Source: an uncultured Gemmatimonadales bacterium
GTDB taxonomy: Bacteria; Gemmatimonadota; Gemmatimonadetes; Gemmatimonadales; Gemmatimonadaceae
Length of the DNA stretch: 64,000 nt
Direction of reading: 5' to 3'
NCBI GenBank assembly: GCA_963851265.1
Contig: CAWKNZ010000002.1
Coordinates: forward strand, 256,001-320,000
Within the stretch, counting starts at the first letter, position 1. Every line of letters begins with the position of its first letter. The position numbers and the translations under genes were made by a program. Of this stretch, positions 41,552 to 54,482 are shown piece by piece. The notes under the pieces were generated by a model, which did no database searches, was not told where the DNA came from, and worked only from the letters and a program-made list of their open reading frames with translations.

Positions 41552-41742
41552 CGGGCAGGTCGTCAGAGGGCGGAAGCGGATGGCGAACGGCGCGGGACAC
41601 CCGCGGATCTCACCCGCGGGGGCCGTCGTCTGTGGCACTGACGCCGCGTGTGGCGCGCGCGCAACACGCACCGATCGCGTCACGCACGCCCATCACGCAC
41701 GGCTCACACGCCCACCACGCGTACGCCCGGCACGTGGCCCCG

Positions 41743-42651
41743 TTACCGACCGGCCGCAGGCGCCCCGCCACCCGCCGCCCGCCACGGGGCGACGAGTGCG
41801 TCGCTCGCCGTCCACAGGCGCTCACCGACGGCGTCGTCGAGCGCCTGTGGCGCCGGCTCGGCCGGCGCCTCGTGCGACCAGTAACCGCCCGTCGTCCGCC
41901 CCGCCTCCGCGCCGGTCGCGACCACGACCGACGTCGCCGCGCCGCGCTCCGTGCTGATCCCGCCGTTCGACCCGAAGCCGTCGCGCAGCAGCTTGGTCTT
42001 CACCACGCCGGGGTGCAGCGCGTGCGACACCACGGCGCGCGCATCGGTCCGCCGGGCGAGCGCACGCGCGAAGAGCACGTTCGCGAGCTTCGAATCGGCG
42101 TAGGCCGCGCCGCCCGAGTACCGCCGCTCGGCCTGCAGGTCGTCGAAATCGATCCGCCCGCGGGCGTGCAGCTCCGACGCGACCGTCGCCACGCGCGCGG
42201 GGCCCGCGGGCCCGCGCGCGCGCCCCGTCGCCTCCAGCAGCGGCAGCAGCTCGAGGGTCATCAGGAAATGCGCGAGGTGGTTCACCGCGAACGTCAGCTC
42301 GTAGCCGTCGGCCGAGACGTGGCGGGCGCCCCCTCGGAACGCGACGCCGGCGTTGTTCACCAGCACGTCGAGCCGCGGCGCGGCACCACCGGGGTCCGCG
42401 GCGCGCAGCTCGGCCGCGAGCCGCGCGACGTCCGCGAGGCGGGCCAGGTCGGCCACCGCGGGGCGCGCCTGGCCGCCCGCGGCCGCGATCGCGTCGGCCA
42501 CCGCGGCCGCGCGCGCCGGGTCGCGCCCGTGCACGAGGACCGCGAACCCCCGCCGCGCGAGCGACTCGGCCGTCGCGCGGCCGATGCCGTCCGTGGCACC
42601 GGTGACGAGGGCGACGGGGGTGGACGGTGAAAACGGAGCAGCGACGGACAT
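41743..42651 (-). CDS. short-chain dehydrogenase/reductase (retinol-DH-like)
   Basis: TGATDGIG, NNAG, VNHLAHF, YADSK, HPGVV. Confidence 0.93.
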   Translation of the reverse strand: MSVAAPFSPSTPVALVTGATDGIGRATAESLARRGFAVLVHGRDPARAAAVADAIAAAGGQARPAVADLARLADVARLAAELRAADPGGAAPRLDVLVNNAGVAFRGGARHVSADGYELTFAVNHLAHFLMTLELLPLLEATGRARGPAGPARVATVASELHARGRIDFDDLQAERRYSGGAAYADSKLANVLFARALARRTDARAVVSHALHPGVVKTKLLRDGFGSNGGISTERGAATSVVVATGAEAGRTTGGYWSHEAPAEPAPQALDDAVGERLWTASDALVAPWRAAGGGAPAAGR

Positions 42652-42728
42652 GGCGCAGAGCGGGTGGCAGGTCGGGCGGCGTACGCGAGGCGAACTCAAG
42701 TCGCGGTGTGGGTTATACTTAGCGAGTC

Positions 42729-44408
<1,680 letters not shown>

Positions 44409-44473
44409 CGCGCACCCGGCGAAGCGGGGGTTGACACTTTCGCACCCTCGGAGCCGTCGGGGGTAGCACGCTG

Positions 44474-46122
<1,649 letters not shown>

Positions 46123-46126
<4 letters not shown>

Positions 46127-46656
46127 CCCGCTTCCTCAGCCGCTCGGCCGTGCTGCTTGCCTGCGCGACCGCCGTCCCATCCGCCGCGGTGTACGCCCAG
46201 ACCGCGCCCGCGCGGGCGGCGGCCACCGCGCAGCCCGCGGCGCAGCACCCCGACCTCTCGGGCACGTGGGAGCTCAACGTCGCGAAGAGCACCTTCGCGC
46301 AGGGCGCGCCGGCCAAGGGGACGATGACGCTCGTCCAGGCCGGCGACAAGATCACCACGACGCAGACGATCGAGACGCCGATGGGCACCGCGACCAACAC
46401 GATGCGCCACACCGTGGGCGTGGCCACGACCGACACGATCAACGCGGCCGGGCAGCAGACGCCGTTCACCTCCACCGCGCGCTGGGATAACGCGACCTTC
46501 GTCATCGAGGGCAAGGTCGTCGTGCAGGGCACCGACATCCCGGTCGTCAGCCGCTACACGCTCACCCCCGACGGCAGGCAGCTCATCGTCGACCAGACGA
46601 TCACGACGCCGATCGGCGAGCTGCCCTCGCACTTCGTGTACGAGCGGAAGGGCTGA
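46123..46656 (+). CDS. secreted hypothetical beta-barrel (lipocalin-like) protein
   Basis: Signal peptide; PDLSGTWELNVAKS; YTLTPDGRQL; ATGA overlap with the upstream gene. Confidence 0.75.
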
Positions 46657-46663
46657 CGCGCGC

Positions 46664-47524
46664 CTACCCCGCCGTCGCCGTGCTCGTCGTGCGGCGGGGT
46701 TTCGCGGCCGGCTTCGGTGCCGGCGCCGGCCGCTCGGGAGGCTTCTGCTCCGCCGCCTTCTCCGCGCCCGGCGGCAGCGACACCGCGCGGATCACGCGCG
46801 CGCTGTCGATCGCGTCGAGCTTGGGAAATTGCGCGGCGAGGTACGCGTTCCCCTCGGCCGCGATGCGGTCCTGGTCGGGCCCGCGCCCGGCCGGAGCGCC
46901 CTCGCCGTAGCCGCCGTACAGCGAGTCGACGGTCTCCATCCCGAGCACCACGCGGCCTAACGGCGCGAAGCCGAGCTTGTCGAGCCGCTGGTTGTTGGCG
47001 AGGTTGACGAACAGCTGCGTCGTGCGCGTGTTGGGCCCCGCGGTGGCGAAGCTGACGAAGCCGCGCAGGTTGGTGCGTCGCACGGGGTCGTCGCGGATCG
47101 TGCGCGTCTCCCACACCTTGTTCACGCGCGGGTCGCCCGGCGCGCCCCACTGCGCCGCGAAGCGCGGCAGCACGCGGAAGAAGCGCGCGCCGTCGTAGAA
47201 CCCGTTGGTCACGAGGTAGAACAGCCGGTCGGACCCGCGCGGCGCCCACCCGCGCGTCACGCGCACGACGAACGGCCCCCGCGTGGTCGAGAAGCGCACG
47301 TCGAAGGTGTCGGGCGCCGCGCGGTGCTCGACGGCGGTGTCGGGGTCGAGCAGCAGGTTGCGGCGCGCGCCGCCCGGCGTGGGGGCCTCCTCGGCGCGCG
47401 GCCCGCGCGAGCACGCCGCGACGAACGCGGTGCAGGCGGCGGCCGCGAGCGCGCCGAGGACGAACGTAGGCCCGCGGCGAGCGCGGGCGGACGGCAGGTG
47501 CAGGAGCGACATCGGGACGAACAT
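46664..47524 (-). CDS. cyclophilin-type peptidyl-prolyl cis-trans isomerase (lipoprotein)
   Basis: FYDGARFFRV, AQWG, FATAGPNTRTTQLFVN, LD..GFAPLGRV. Confidence 0.92.
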   Translation of the reverse strand: MFVPMSLLHLPSARARRGPTFVLGALAAAACTAFVAACSRGPRAEEAPTPGGARRNLLLDPDTAVEHRAAPDTFDVRFSTTRGPFVVRVTRGWAPRGSDRLFYLVTNGFYDGARFFRVLPRFAAQWGAPGDPRVNKVWETRTIRDDPVRRTNLRGFVSFATAGPNTRTTQLFVNLANNQRLDKLGFAPLGRVVLGMETVDSLYGGYGEGAPAGRGPDQDRIAAEGNAYLAAQFPKLDAIDSARVIRAVSLPPGAEKAAEQKPPERPAPAPKPAAKPRRTTSTATAG

Positions 47525-47645
47525 GGTGCGGTCTACCCCACCGGCACGGCGGGGAACGACCACAACATCGCACGCGGGTGATCCGCCGCACAGACCCGTC
47601 GACGCCCTCGCAACCGCAGCAGGCGAGCTACAGGATCGGCGGATG

Positions 47646-48437
47646 TCAGAGCAGGAGCAGCCCCGACCGCGCGGCGGTCACGACCGCCTCCGCGCGCGTG
47701 CCCGCGTGCAGCTTCGTGAACAGCGACGCGATGTGCGTCTTCACCGTGTGCTCGCTGATCCCGAGCCGGTAGGCGATCTGCTTGTTCGCCAGCCCCTCCG
47801 CCACGAGGCCGAGCACGTCGCGCTCGCGGGCGCTGAGCGGCCCGACCGCGGGCGCGGCGCCACCGTCGAGGCCGTTGGGCACCTCGTCCACGCCGAGCAC
47901 GCCGGCCGCGTCGTCGGCCGGGAAGACGACGAGCCCCGCCGCGACGGCCGCGACCGCCGCGGCGAGCGCCTCCGCCCGCACGCCGTTGGGCAGCACGGCC
48001 CGCGCGCCTGCGCGCACCGCGCCCGCCGCATCGCGCGGCGACAGGTCGGCGATCACGACGAGCGCCGGGGCCGACGCGGGCGCGTCGCCGTACACCCCGC
48101 TCCGCAGGTCGACGAGACCGGCGCCGAGCGTGGTCGCCACGTCCAGGGACGAGGCCGGCGCCCACACGAGCACGTGCGCGCCCGAGCCGGCGGCGCGCTC
48201 GAGCGGCGACAGCTCGCTCCTCGACAGCTCGCTCCTCGACAGCTCGCTCCTCGACAGCTCGCTCCTCGACAGCTCGCTCCTCGACAGGTCACTCCCGGTC
48301 AGCTCGCTCCGCGCATCCGTGCCGCCAGGGTCGAACGGCAGCGTGACGAGGACGACGCCGGGCGATTCGGCGAGCAGCGCGTCCAGCCCCGCCTGCACCA
48401 GGGGGGACGAGGCGAGCACCGCGACGCGCGTCGTCAT
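47646..48437 (-). CDS. NarL/LuxR-type transcription factor with degenerate receiver domain
   Basis: LSARERDVL..VAEGLANKQIA..LGISEHTVKTHI HTH. Confidence 0.9.
   Translation of the reverse strand: MTTRVAVLASSPLVQAGLDALLAESPGVVLVTLPFDPGGTDARSELTGSDLSRSELSRSELSRSELSRSELSRSELSPLERAAGSGAHVLVWAPASSLDVATTLGAGLVDLRSGVYGDAPASAPALVVIADLSPRDAAGAVRAGARAVLPNGVRAEALAAAVAAVAAGLVVFPADDAAGVLGVDEVPNGLDGGAAPAVGPLSARERDVLGLVAEGLANKQIAYRLGISEHTVKTHIASLFTKLHAGTRAEAVVTAARSGLLLL
48207..48311. repeat. 15-bp VNTR (5 perfect + 2 degenerate copies) encoding SRSEL
   Basis: (cgacagctcgctcct) x5. Confidence 0.95.
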
Positions 48438-48453
48438 CTCACGGCGTACGCGG

Positions 48454-49155
48454 TCACGCGGCGTACCGCGTGGCGCCGTGCAGCGGACCGGTTGCGAGCA
48501 ACGCCTCGACTTCACGTATCGAGACGGCGACACCGAGCCCGCCCACGACCATCGTGTTGATGCCGACCACGCGGCCGCCCGCGTCGGCCAGCGGACCGCC
48601 GGAGTTGCCGGGCAGCAGGCGAACGTCGGCGCGGATGAGCGAGGCGCCCGCGCGCGCCCACGGCCCGCGGCCGCCCCGCGGGCCCGGCACGGACGGCGTC
48701 ACGGCGCCGTGCACGACGCCCACGGCGAGCGCGTTCGCGACGCCGAACGGGTGGCCGAACGCGAGCACGAGCTGGCCGGCGCGAAGTGCGGCCGGGTCGC
48801 CGAGCAGGGCGGGGGTGAAATCGTCGGCGTCGGCGAGAGGCACGTCGGCCTGCAGCAGCGCGAGGTCGCGACGCGGGTCGCGCGTGACGAGCCGGGCCGC
48901 CGCGCGCCGGCCGCTCGGCAGCACGATCGTGACGTGGTCGGTCCGTGCGACGTGTGCGTTGGTGACGATGAGGCCGTCGGCGCGCCAGACGACGCCCGAA
49001 CCGTGGCTGGCCACCGCCGCCGGGCCGCCACGCGGGCGGCCGCCGTCGCGACTGGCTGAGCGCTCGCCGACGAGCACCGCGACCGTGCACGCGCGCAGGC
49101 GTTCGGTGGCGGCGGCGAGGTCGCCGGCGAGGGCGGGCGTGTTGTTGAGGGGCAT
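48454..49155 (-). CDS. trypsin-like S1C serine protease without PDZ
   Basis: GSGVVW, TNAHV, DLALL, GNSGGPL, VVGINT. Confidence 0.9.
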   Translation of the reverse strand: MPLNNTPALAGDLAAATERLRACTVAVLVGERSASRDGGRPRGGPAAVASHGSGVVWRADGLIVTNAHVARTDHVTIVLPSGRRAAARLVTRDPRRDLALLQADVPLADADDFTPALLGDPAALRAGQLVLAFGHPFGVANALAVGVVHGAVTPSVPGPRGGRGPWARAGASLIRADVRLLPGNSGGPLADAGGRVVGINTMVVGGLGVAVSIREVEALLATGPLHGATRYAA

Positions 49156-49181
49156 GGGGAAGGCCGGGAGGGGGTCGCGCG

Positions 49182-50084
49182 TCAGCGGCGCGCCGGCGCG
49201 TCGCCGACGGTGACCATGACGGTGCGCAACTCGCCCGCGCGCAGGACGCGCGCCTCGACCTGCTGCCCCACGGTGTCGCCGCTGAGCGCCGAGAGCACGT
49301 CGTCGACGTCGAGCGTGGGGCGGCTGCCGAGCGCGACGAGCACGTCGCCGAGCAGGAGGCCGCCCTGTTCGGCGGGCGCGCCGGGCTCGAGGGCCACCAG
49401 CATCAGGGCCGTCGCCTGGCCGCCGAGCTGCGCCTGCACCGCGTCGGGAAGCCGCACGGGCTGAGTGCCGATGCCGAGGTAGCCGCGACGCACGCGCCCG
49501 CCGGCGAGCAGTTGGTCGACGACGCGTTCGACGGTAGCCGCGGGCACCGTGACCGCGGCCGCGCGGGCGAGCGCCGACGAGTTGATGCCGAGCACGCGCC
49601 CCGAGGCGTCGGCGAGCGGGCCGCCCGAGAATCCGTCGTACACCGAGACGTCGAGCCGCACGAACTGGTCGATCTCGCCGCCGTGCCAGGTGCGCCAGGC
49701 CGGTCCCACCGCCGACACGACGCCGAGTGCGGCCGTGACCGCGTCGCCCGGCCGGCCGAGGGCGAGGGCGAGTTGGCCGACGTGGAGCGGCCCGGGGGCG
49801 ATCGTGGCCGGCGTGCCCGTCTCGCCGTCGAGGCGGAGCACGACCAGGTCCGTTCCCGGGTCGCGGCCGACGACCGCGGCGCGCGCGGTGGCCCCGCCCT
49901 CGAACGTGATGCGGACGTCGTCGTCCTTGTGCACCGTGTGGTGTGTGGCGACGACGACGCCGGGGCGCCAGAGGATGCCCGAGGCCGGGATGCGGCGGCG
50001 CGCGTGGACCGCGACGGTCGCGCGCCCTGCCGTTTCGGCGGCGGCGGCGAGGTCGGTCGAGAGAGTTTCGAGGAGTGTTGGCAT
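49182..50084 (-). CDS. trypsin-like S1C serine protease with PDZ
   Basis: SGILW, THH, DPGTDL, GFSGGPL, RGYLGI, PAEQGGLLLGD. Confidence 0.9.
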   Translation of the reverse strand: MPTLLETLSTDLAAAAETAGRATVAVHARRRIPASGILWRPGVVVATHHTVHKDDDVRITFEGGATARAAVVGRDPGTDLVVLRLDGETGTPATIAPGPLHVGQLALALGRPGDAVTAALGVVSAVGPAWRTWHGGEIDQFVRLDVSVYDGFSGGPLADASGRVLGINSSALARAAAVTVPAATVERVVDQLLAGGRVRRGYLGIGTQPVRLPDAVQAQLGGQATALMLVALEPGAPAEQGGLLLGDVLVALGSRPTLDVDDVLSALSGDTVGQQVEARVLRAGELRTVMVTVGDAPARR

Positions 50085-50169
50085 GACGTACGATCGGCCG
50101 CCCCCTCCCGCGCGGCCATCGGCCGAATGGGTGACCGGCGGGTCCGCCGTTCGGGTGGTAACGTTGAGC

Positions 50170-52071
50170 ATGACAGCCCCCGCCATTCCCGCCGCCGCGA
50201 CGGGCGCGCCCGCGCGCGGCCCCGCCTCGACGGACCCGAAGAAGAAGCCTGTCGACACGAAAGCCGCCTGGCGCGAGGCCCGCGCCCTCATGTGGCAGCA
50301 CCGCCGCGAACTCGGCGTCGGCGCCGCGCTGATGGTGGTGAGCCGCCTGGCCGGCTTCGTCCTCCCCCTCTCGTCGAAGTACCTCATCGACGACGTGATC
50401 ACCAAGGGGCGCCACAACCTGCTCTGGCCGATCGCGCTCGGCGCCACCCTCGCGACCGTGGTCCAGGCGGTCACCGGGTTCGCGCTCTCGCAGGTGATCT
50501 CGGTGGCCGCGCAGCGCGCCATCAGCGACATGCGCCGCCGCGTGCTCAACCACATCACGCGCCTGCCGGTGCGCTACTTCGACGAGCACCAGACGGGCGT
50601 GCTCATCTCGCGCGTGATGAACGACGCGGAAGGCATCCGCAACCTGGTCGGCACCGGGCTCGTGCAACTCGTCGGGGGCGTGTTCACCGCCGTGCTGGCG
50701 CTCGGCGTGCTCGTCTGGCTCAACTGGCTCATGACGCTCATCATCGTCGTCATCCTCGCGCTGTTCGCGTGGGGGATGGCGACCGCCTTCGGCCGGCTGC
50801 GCCCGATCTTCCGCGAGCGCGGGAAGATCACCGCCGAGGTCACGGGGCGGTTGAACGAGACGCTCGGCGGCATCCGCGTCGTGAAGGCGTACGGCACCGA
50901 GCGGCGCGAGCAGGCCGTGTTCGGCAAGGGCGTCAACCGGCTGTTCCGCAACATCGCCAGCAGCATCACCGGCGTGAGCGCGACCACCAGCGCGGGTACC
51001 GTGGTGGTGGGGCTCGTGGGGCTGCTCATCCTCGCCGTGGGCGGCCCGGCGGTGATCGCCGGGCGGATGACGTTGGGCGACCTGCTCTCGTACGTCTTCT
51101 TCGTGGGCCTGCTCGCCGTGCCCGTGATCTCGGTCGCCTCCATCGGCACGCAGATCTCCGAGGCGATCGCGGGGCTCGACCGCATCCGCGAAATCCTCGG
51201 CACGCCCACCGAGAACGAGGAGGACGCGCGTCGCGCGGCGCTCCCCGCGCTCCGCGGCGAGGTGCGCTTCGAGGACGTCTGGTTCGCCTACCGCGAGAAC
51301 GTGCCCGTGCTCAAAGGCGTCACCTTCGACGCGCCCGAGGGGAGCACGACCGCGCTCGTCGGCTCGAGCGGGAGCGGCAAGAGCACGCTCGTCTCGCTCG
51401 TCATGGCCTTCAACCGCCCCACGCGGGGGCGCATCCTCGTCGACGGCCGCGACCTCGACGGGGTGAAGCTCGCCGACTACCGGTCGAAGTTAGGCGTCGT
51501 GCTGCAGGACAACTTCCTCTTCGACGGCACGGTCGCCGAGAACATCAGCTTCTCGCGCCCGTCCGCCACGCGCGCCGAGGTCGAGGAGGTGGCGCGCCTG
51601 GCCAACTGCGACGACTTCGTGCGCGGCTTCCCCGAGGGGTACGATACCGTCGTCGGCGAGCGCGGGGTCAAGCTGTCGGGCGGGCAGCGGCAGCGCATCG
51701 CCATCGCGCGCGCGCTGCTCGCCGACCCGCGCGTGCTCATCCTCGACGAGGCCACCTCGTCGCTCGACTCCGAGAGCGAGGCGCTCATCCAGGAGGCGCT
51801 CGCGCGACTCCGCGGCGGGCGCACGACGTTCGTCATCGCCCACCGCCTCTCCACCATCCGCTCGGCCGACCAGATCCTCGTGCTCGAGCACGGGGCCGTG
51901 GTCGAGCGCGGCACGCACGCCGAACTCATGGCGTTGGGCGGGCGCTACCGTGCGCTCCACGACCGGCAGTACGCGTGGGAGGAGAACCGCTTCACGAACC
52001 CCGGCGAAGATTTCACGACGCCGGCCGCGGCGGCGTCGCCCACGGTCGCGCGCCCCGTGGCGGCGCGGTAG
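50170..52071 (+). CDS. ABC transporter fused permease/ATP-binding protein (MsbA/MdlB-like)
   Basis: TM domain; GSSGSGKST, LSGGQRQR, ILDEATS, IAHRLST. Confidence 0.95.
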   Translation: MTAPAIPAAATGAPARGPASTDPKKKPVDTKAAWREARALMWQHRRELGVGAALMVVSRLAGFVLPLSSKYLIDDVITKGRHNLLWPIALGATLATVVQAVTGFALSQVISVAAQRAISDMRRRVLNHITRLPVRYFDEHQTGVLISRVMNDAEGIRNLVGTGLVQLVGGVFTAVLALGVLVWLNWLMTLIIVVILALFAWGMATAFGRLRPIFRERGKITAEVTGRLNETLGGIRVVKAYGTERREQAVFGKGVNRLFRNIASSITGVSATTSAGTVVVGLVGLLILAVGGPAVIAGRMTLGDLLSYVFFVGLLAVPVISVASIGTQISEAIAGLDRIREILGTPTENEEDARRAALPALRGEVRFEDVWFAYRENVPVLKGVTFDAPEGSTTALVGSSGSGKSTLVSLVMAFNRPTRGRILVDGRDLDGVKLADYRSKLGVVLQDNFLFDGTVAENISFSRPSATRAEVEEVARLANCDDFVRGFPEGYDTVVGERGVKLSGGQRQRIAIARALLADPRVLILDEATSSLDSESEALIQEALARLRGGRTTFVIAHRLSTIRSADQILVLEHGAVVERGTHAELMALGGRYRALHDRQYAWEENRFTNPGEDFTTPAAAASPTVARPVAAR

Positions 52072-52151
52072 TCTACGCGCGGTCAGCGCCCGCGCGGCCG
52101 CCCCACCGCCGCCGCGGGGCCCCACACGTCGGCGCGGGAGACAGGCAGGGC

Positions 52152-53294
52152 ATGCAGCACGATCTGAAGCAGCGCATCACGAGGACCGCCGTCGCGCGCG
52201 TCGCGACGGCGTGGGCAGTCACATCGTTCGCGGCGGCGTGCGCCGGCGGCGGCGGGAGCGGCGGAGCCGGGACCATCACCACGCCGCCGCCGACCCCGAC
52301 GGGCCCGACCGCGTCGCAGTACGTCAACCCCGTACTCAACGCCGACTTCCCCGACCCGGGAATCGTCAAGGGGGCCGACGGCGCGTACTACGCCTACGCC
52401 ACGCAGACCACCGGCATCCACATCCAGGTCGCGCGCTCGACCGACCTCGTCTCGTGGACCAGCCCGGCGGAGGCGCTGCCGACCAAGCCCGCGTGGGCGA
52501 GCCAGTCCCAGAACTTCTGGGCGCCCGACGTCGAACTGCGCGAGAACGGCACGTACGTGATGTACTTCTCCGCGGAGATCGACGCCGGCAAGCGTCTCAA
52601 CGCGGGCGACGACTTCTGCATCGGCATGGCCACGTCGACCAGCCCCGCCGGGCCGTTCGCCGACGTTGGGCACCCCGTCGTCTGCGGCCCGCAGGCGTCG
52701 ACCATCGACCCGCAGGGCTTCGACGACCCGCAATCCGGCAAGCGTTACCTGCTGTGGGGCTCGGGCGGCTACCCCATTCAGATCCAGGAGCTGTCGGCCA
52801 CCGACCGCTCGACGTTCGCCGTCGGCTCCTCCGCCGCCCCGGTGGTGTCGGCGCGCCCCGGCCAGACGTACGAGCACCTCGTGGAGGCGCCGTGGATGAC
52901 CTACCACGCGCCCTACTACTACCTCTTCTACTCCGGCGGTAACTGCTGCGCGCAGTTCGGGCCCGTGGCCTACGCGGTGATGGCGGCGCGAGCGCCGAGC
53001 CCGACCGGGCCGTTCGAATTCCTGCGCGCCTCGGCCGACGGCCCCGCGACGCCGGTGCTCCAGGCCAGCGGCGCGTGGCTCGGGCCGGGGCACAACTCGG
53101 TGATCACGGTCAACGGCGCCGACTGGATGGTCTACCACGCGGTCGACGTGACCAACCCCACCATCCCCGGCACCAACGCGTCGCGCCGCGCGCTGCTCAT
53201 CGACCGCGTCACCTACCCGGCCGGCGGGTGGCCGAGTGTCGGGACCACGGGCACGCCGACCAACACCCCCCAGACCCGGCCCACGGCCCCGTAG
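52152..53294 (+). CDS. glycoside hydrolase family 43 lipoprotein
   Basis: NPV...FPDP, WAPD, IDP, VEAP, YYLFYSG, GPGHNS. Confidence 0.92.
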   Translation: MQHDLKQRITRTAVARVATAWAVTSFAAACAGGGGSGGAGTITTPPPTPTGPTASQYVNPVLNADFPDPGIVKGADGAYYAYATQTTGIHIQVARSTDLVSWTSPAEALPTKPAWASQSQNFWAPDVELRENGTYVMYFSAEIDAGKRLNAGDDFCIGMATSTSPAGPFADVGHPVVCGPQASTIDPQGFDDPQSGKRYLLWGSGGYPIQIQELSATDRSTFAVGSSAAPVVSARPGQTYEHLVEAPWMTYHAPYYYLFYSGGNCCAQFGPVAYAVMAARAPSPTGPFEFLRASADGPATPVLQASGAWLGPGHNSVITVNGADWMVYHAVDVTNPTIPGTNASRRALLIDRVTYPAGGWPSVGTTGTPTNTPQTRPTAP

Positions 53295-53331
53295 GCGGCC
53301 GGGGAGCGCGCACCGGATCCGCAGCCGCCCG

Positions 53332-53904
53332 ATGCCGCTGCCGTTAGGCGGGCGCGTCGTCCTGCGCGCGCCGGCGCCCGACGACGCCCCCGCCTTTCTC
53401 GCGCTCGTCCAGGCGAGCGTGGCGCTGCACCACCCGTGGGTCGTCGCGCCCGACACGCCGTCCGCGTTCCGCGCCTACCTCGAGCGCGCGGCGCGCGAGC
53501 ACGACCCCTTGCCGGGGCACGTCTGCCGCCTCGTGTGCCGCGCCGACGGCGGCGCGCTCGTCGGCGCGGCCAACCTCAACAACGTCGTCTGGGGCGGGTT
53601 CCGCTGCGCGTCGCTCGGCTACTACGCGTTCGAGCCCTGGGCCGGCCGCGGCTACATGCGCGCGGGCGTGACGCAGCTTCTCACCGACGCATTCCGGCGC
53701 GTCGGGCTGCACCGGGTCGAGGCGGCCGTGCAGCCGGGCAACGCGCGCTCCCGCGCGCTGCTCCGCGCGCTCGGATTCCGCCACGAGGGCGATTCGCCGC
53801 GCTACCTGCTGCTGGCCGGCCGGTGGCGCGACCACGAGCGCTGGGCGATCACCGCCGAGGAGTGGCGCCCGCGGCGCACGTTCCGGCGCCCCCCGGCCGA
53901 GTAG
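53332..53904 (+). CDS. GNAT acetyltransferase (RimJ-like)
   Basis: LGYY, GRGYM, LHRVEA.VQPGN..S, GFRHEG, WRDHERWA. Confidence 0.9.
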   Translation: MPLPLGGRVVLRAPAPDDAPAFLALVQASVALHHPWVVAPDTPSAFRAYLERAAREHDPLPGHVCRLVCRADGGALVGAANLNNVVWGGFRCASLGYYAFEPWAGRGYMRAGVTQLLTDAFRRVGLHRVEAAVQPGNARSRALLRALGFRHEGDSPRYLLLAGRWRDHERWAITAEEWRPRRTFRRPPAE

Positions 53905-53967
53905 CGGCCCGCCGAGTAGCGGCCCGCCGAGTGGCGGCCCCTTGAGCGCCGTGCGTATACTCGGCAC

Positions 53968-54465
53968 ATGAGCGAGCCCGACTTCGTGCCGCGTCGGATG
54001 ACGTTCGACGAGTACCTCCGGTTCGAGATGGCGTCTGACGAGCGCCACGAGTTCATCGACGGCGTGGTGTACGGGATGACGGGGGCGGCGCTGCCGCACA
54101 GCCGCATCGCCGGCAACATCTACGCGCGGCTCTGGGCCGCGGCCGGCGACGGTCCGTGCCACCTGTACGTAGAAGGCGCGAAACTCCGCGTCGGCGACGA
54201 CGTGTTCTACCCCGACGTGATGATCGTCTGCGACCCGGCCGGGGAGGACGACGCGATGGCCTACGCGCCGTGCCTGCTGACCGAAGTCCTCTCGTCGAGC
54301 ACCGCGCGGCGGGACCGCACGCCGAAGCTGACGAAATACCGGGCCATCCCGTCGCTGCGGGCCTACCTCGTCGTGAGCCGCCACGCCCGGCACGTCGAGC
54401 GGCACTGGCGCGATGCGGCCGCCGCGCCGTGGCAGCGCGAGGCTCCGGTCTCGACGCCCGGCTGA
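53968..54465 (+). CDS. Uma2 family endonuclease (possibly C-terminally truncated)
   Basis: RHEFIDG..Y.M.G, YPDV, P.LLTEVLS.ST..RDR..K...Y..IPSL..YLVV. Confidence 0.88.
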   Translation: MSEPDFVPRRMTFDEYLRFEMASDERHEFIDGVVYGMTGAALPHSRIAGNIYARLWAAAGDGPCHLYVEGAKLRVGDDVFYPDVMIVCDPAGEDDAMAYAPCLLTEVLSSSTARRDRTPKLTKYRAIPSLRAYLVVSRHARHVERHWRDAAAAPWQREAPVSTPG

Positions 54466-54482
54466 TCCGTCCGGGCGACGTC

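Noticed and set aside
44431..44436. TTGACA -35 box upstream of the ubiB-like gene
   Set aside because: No -10 element at 16-18 bp spacing.
48207..48311. CRISPR array
   Set aside because: The 15-bp units are directly adjacent with no spacers, lie in frame in a CDS, and there are no cas genes.
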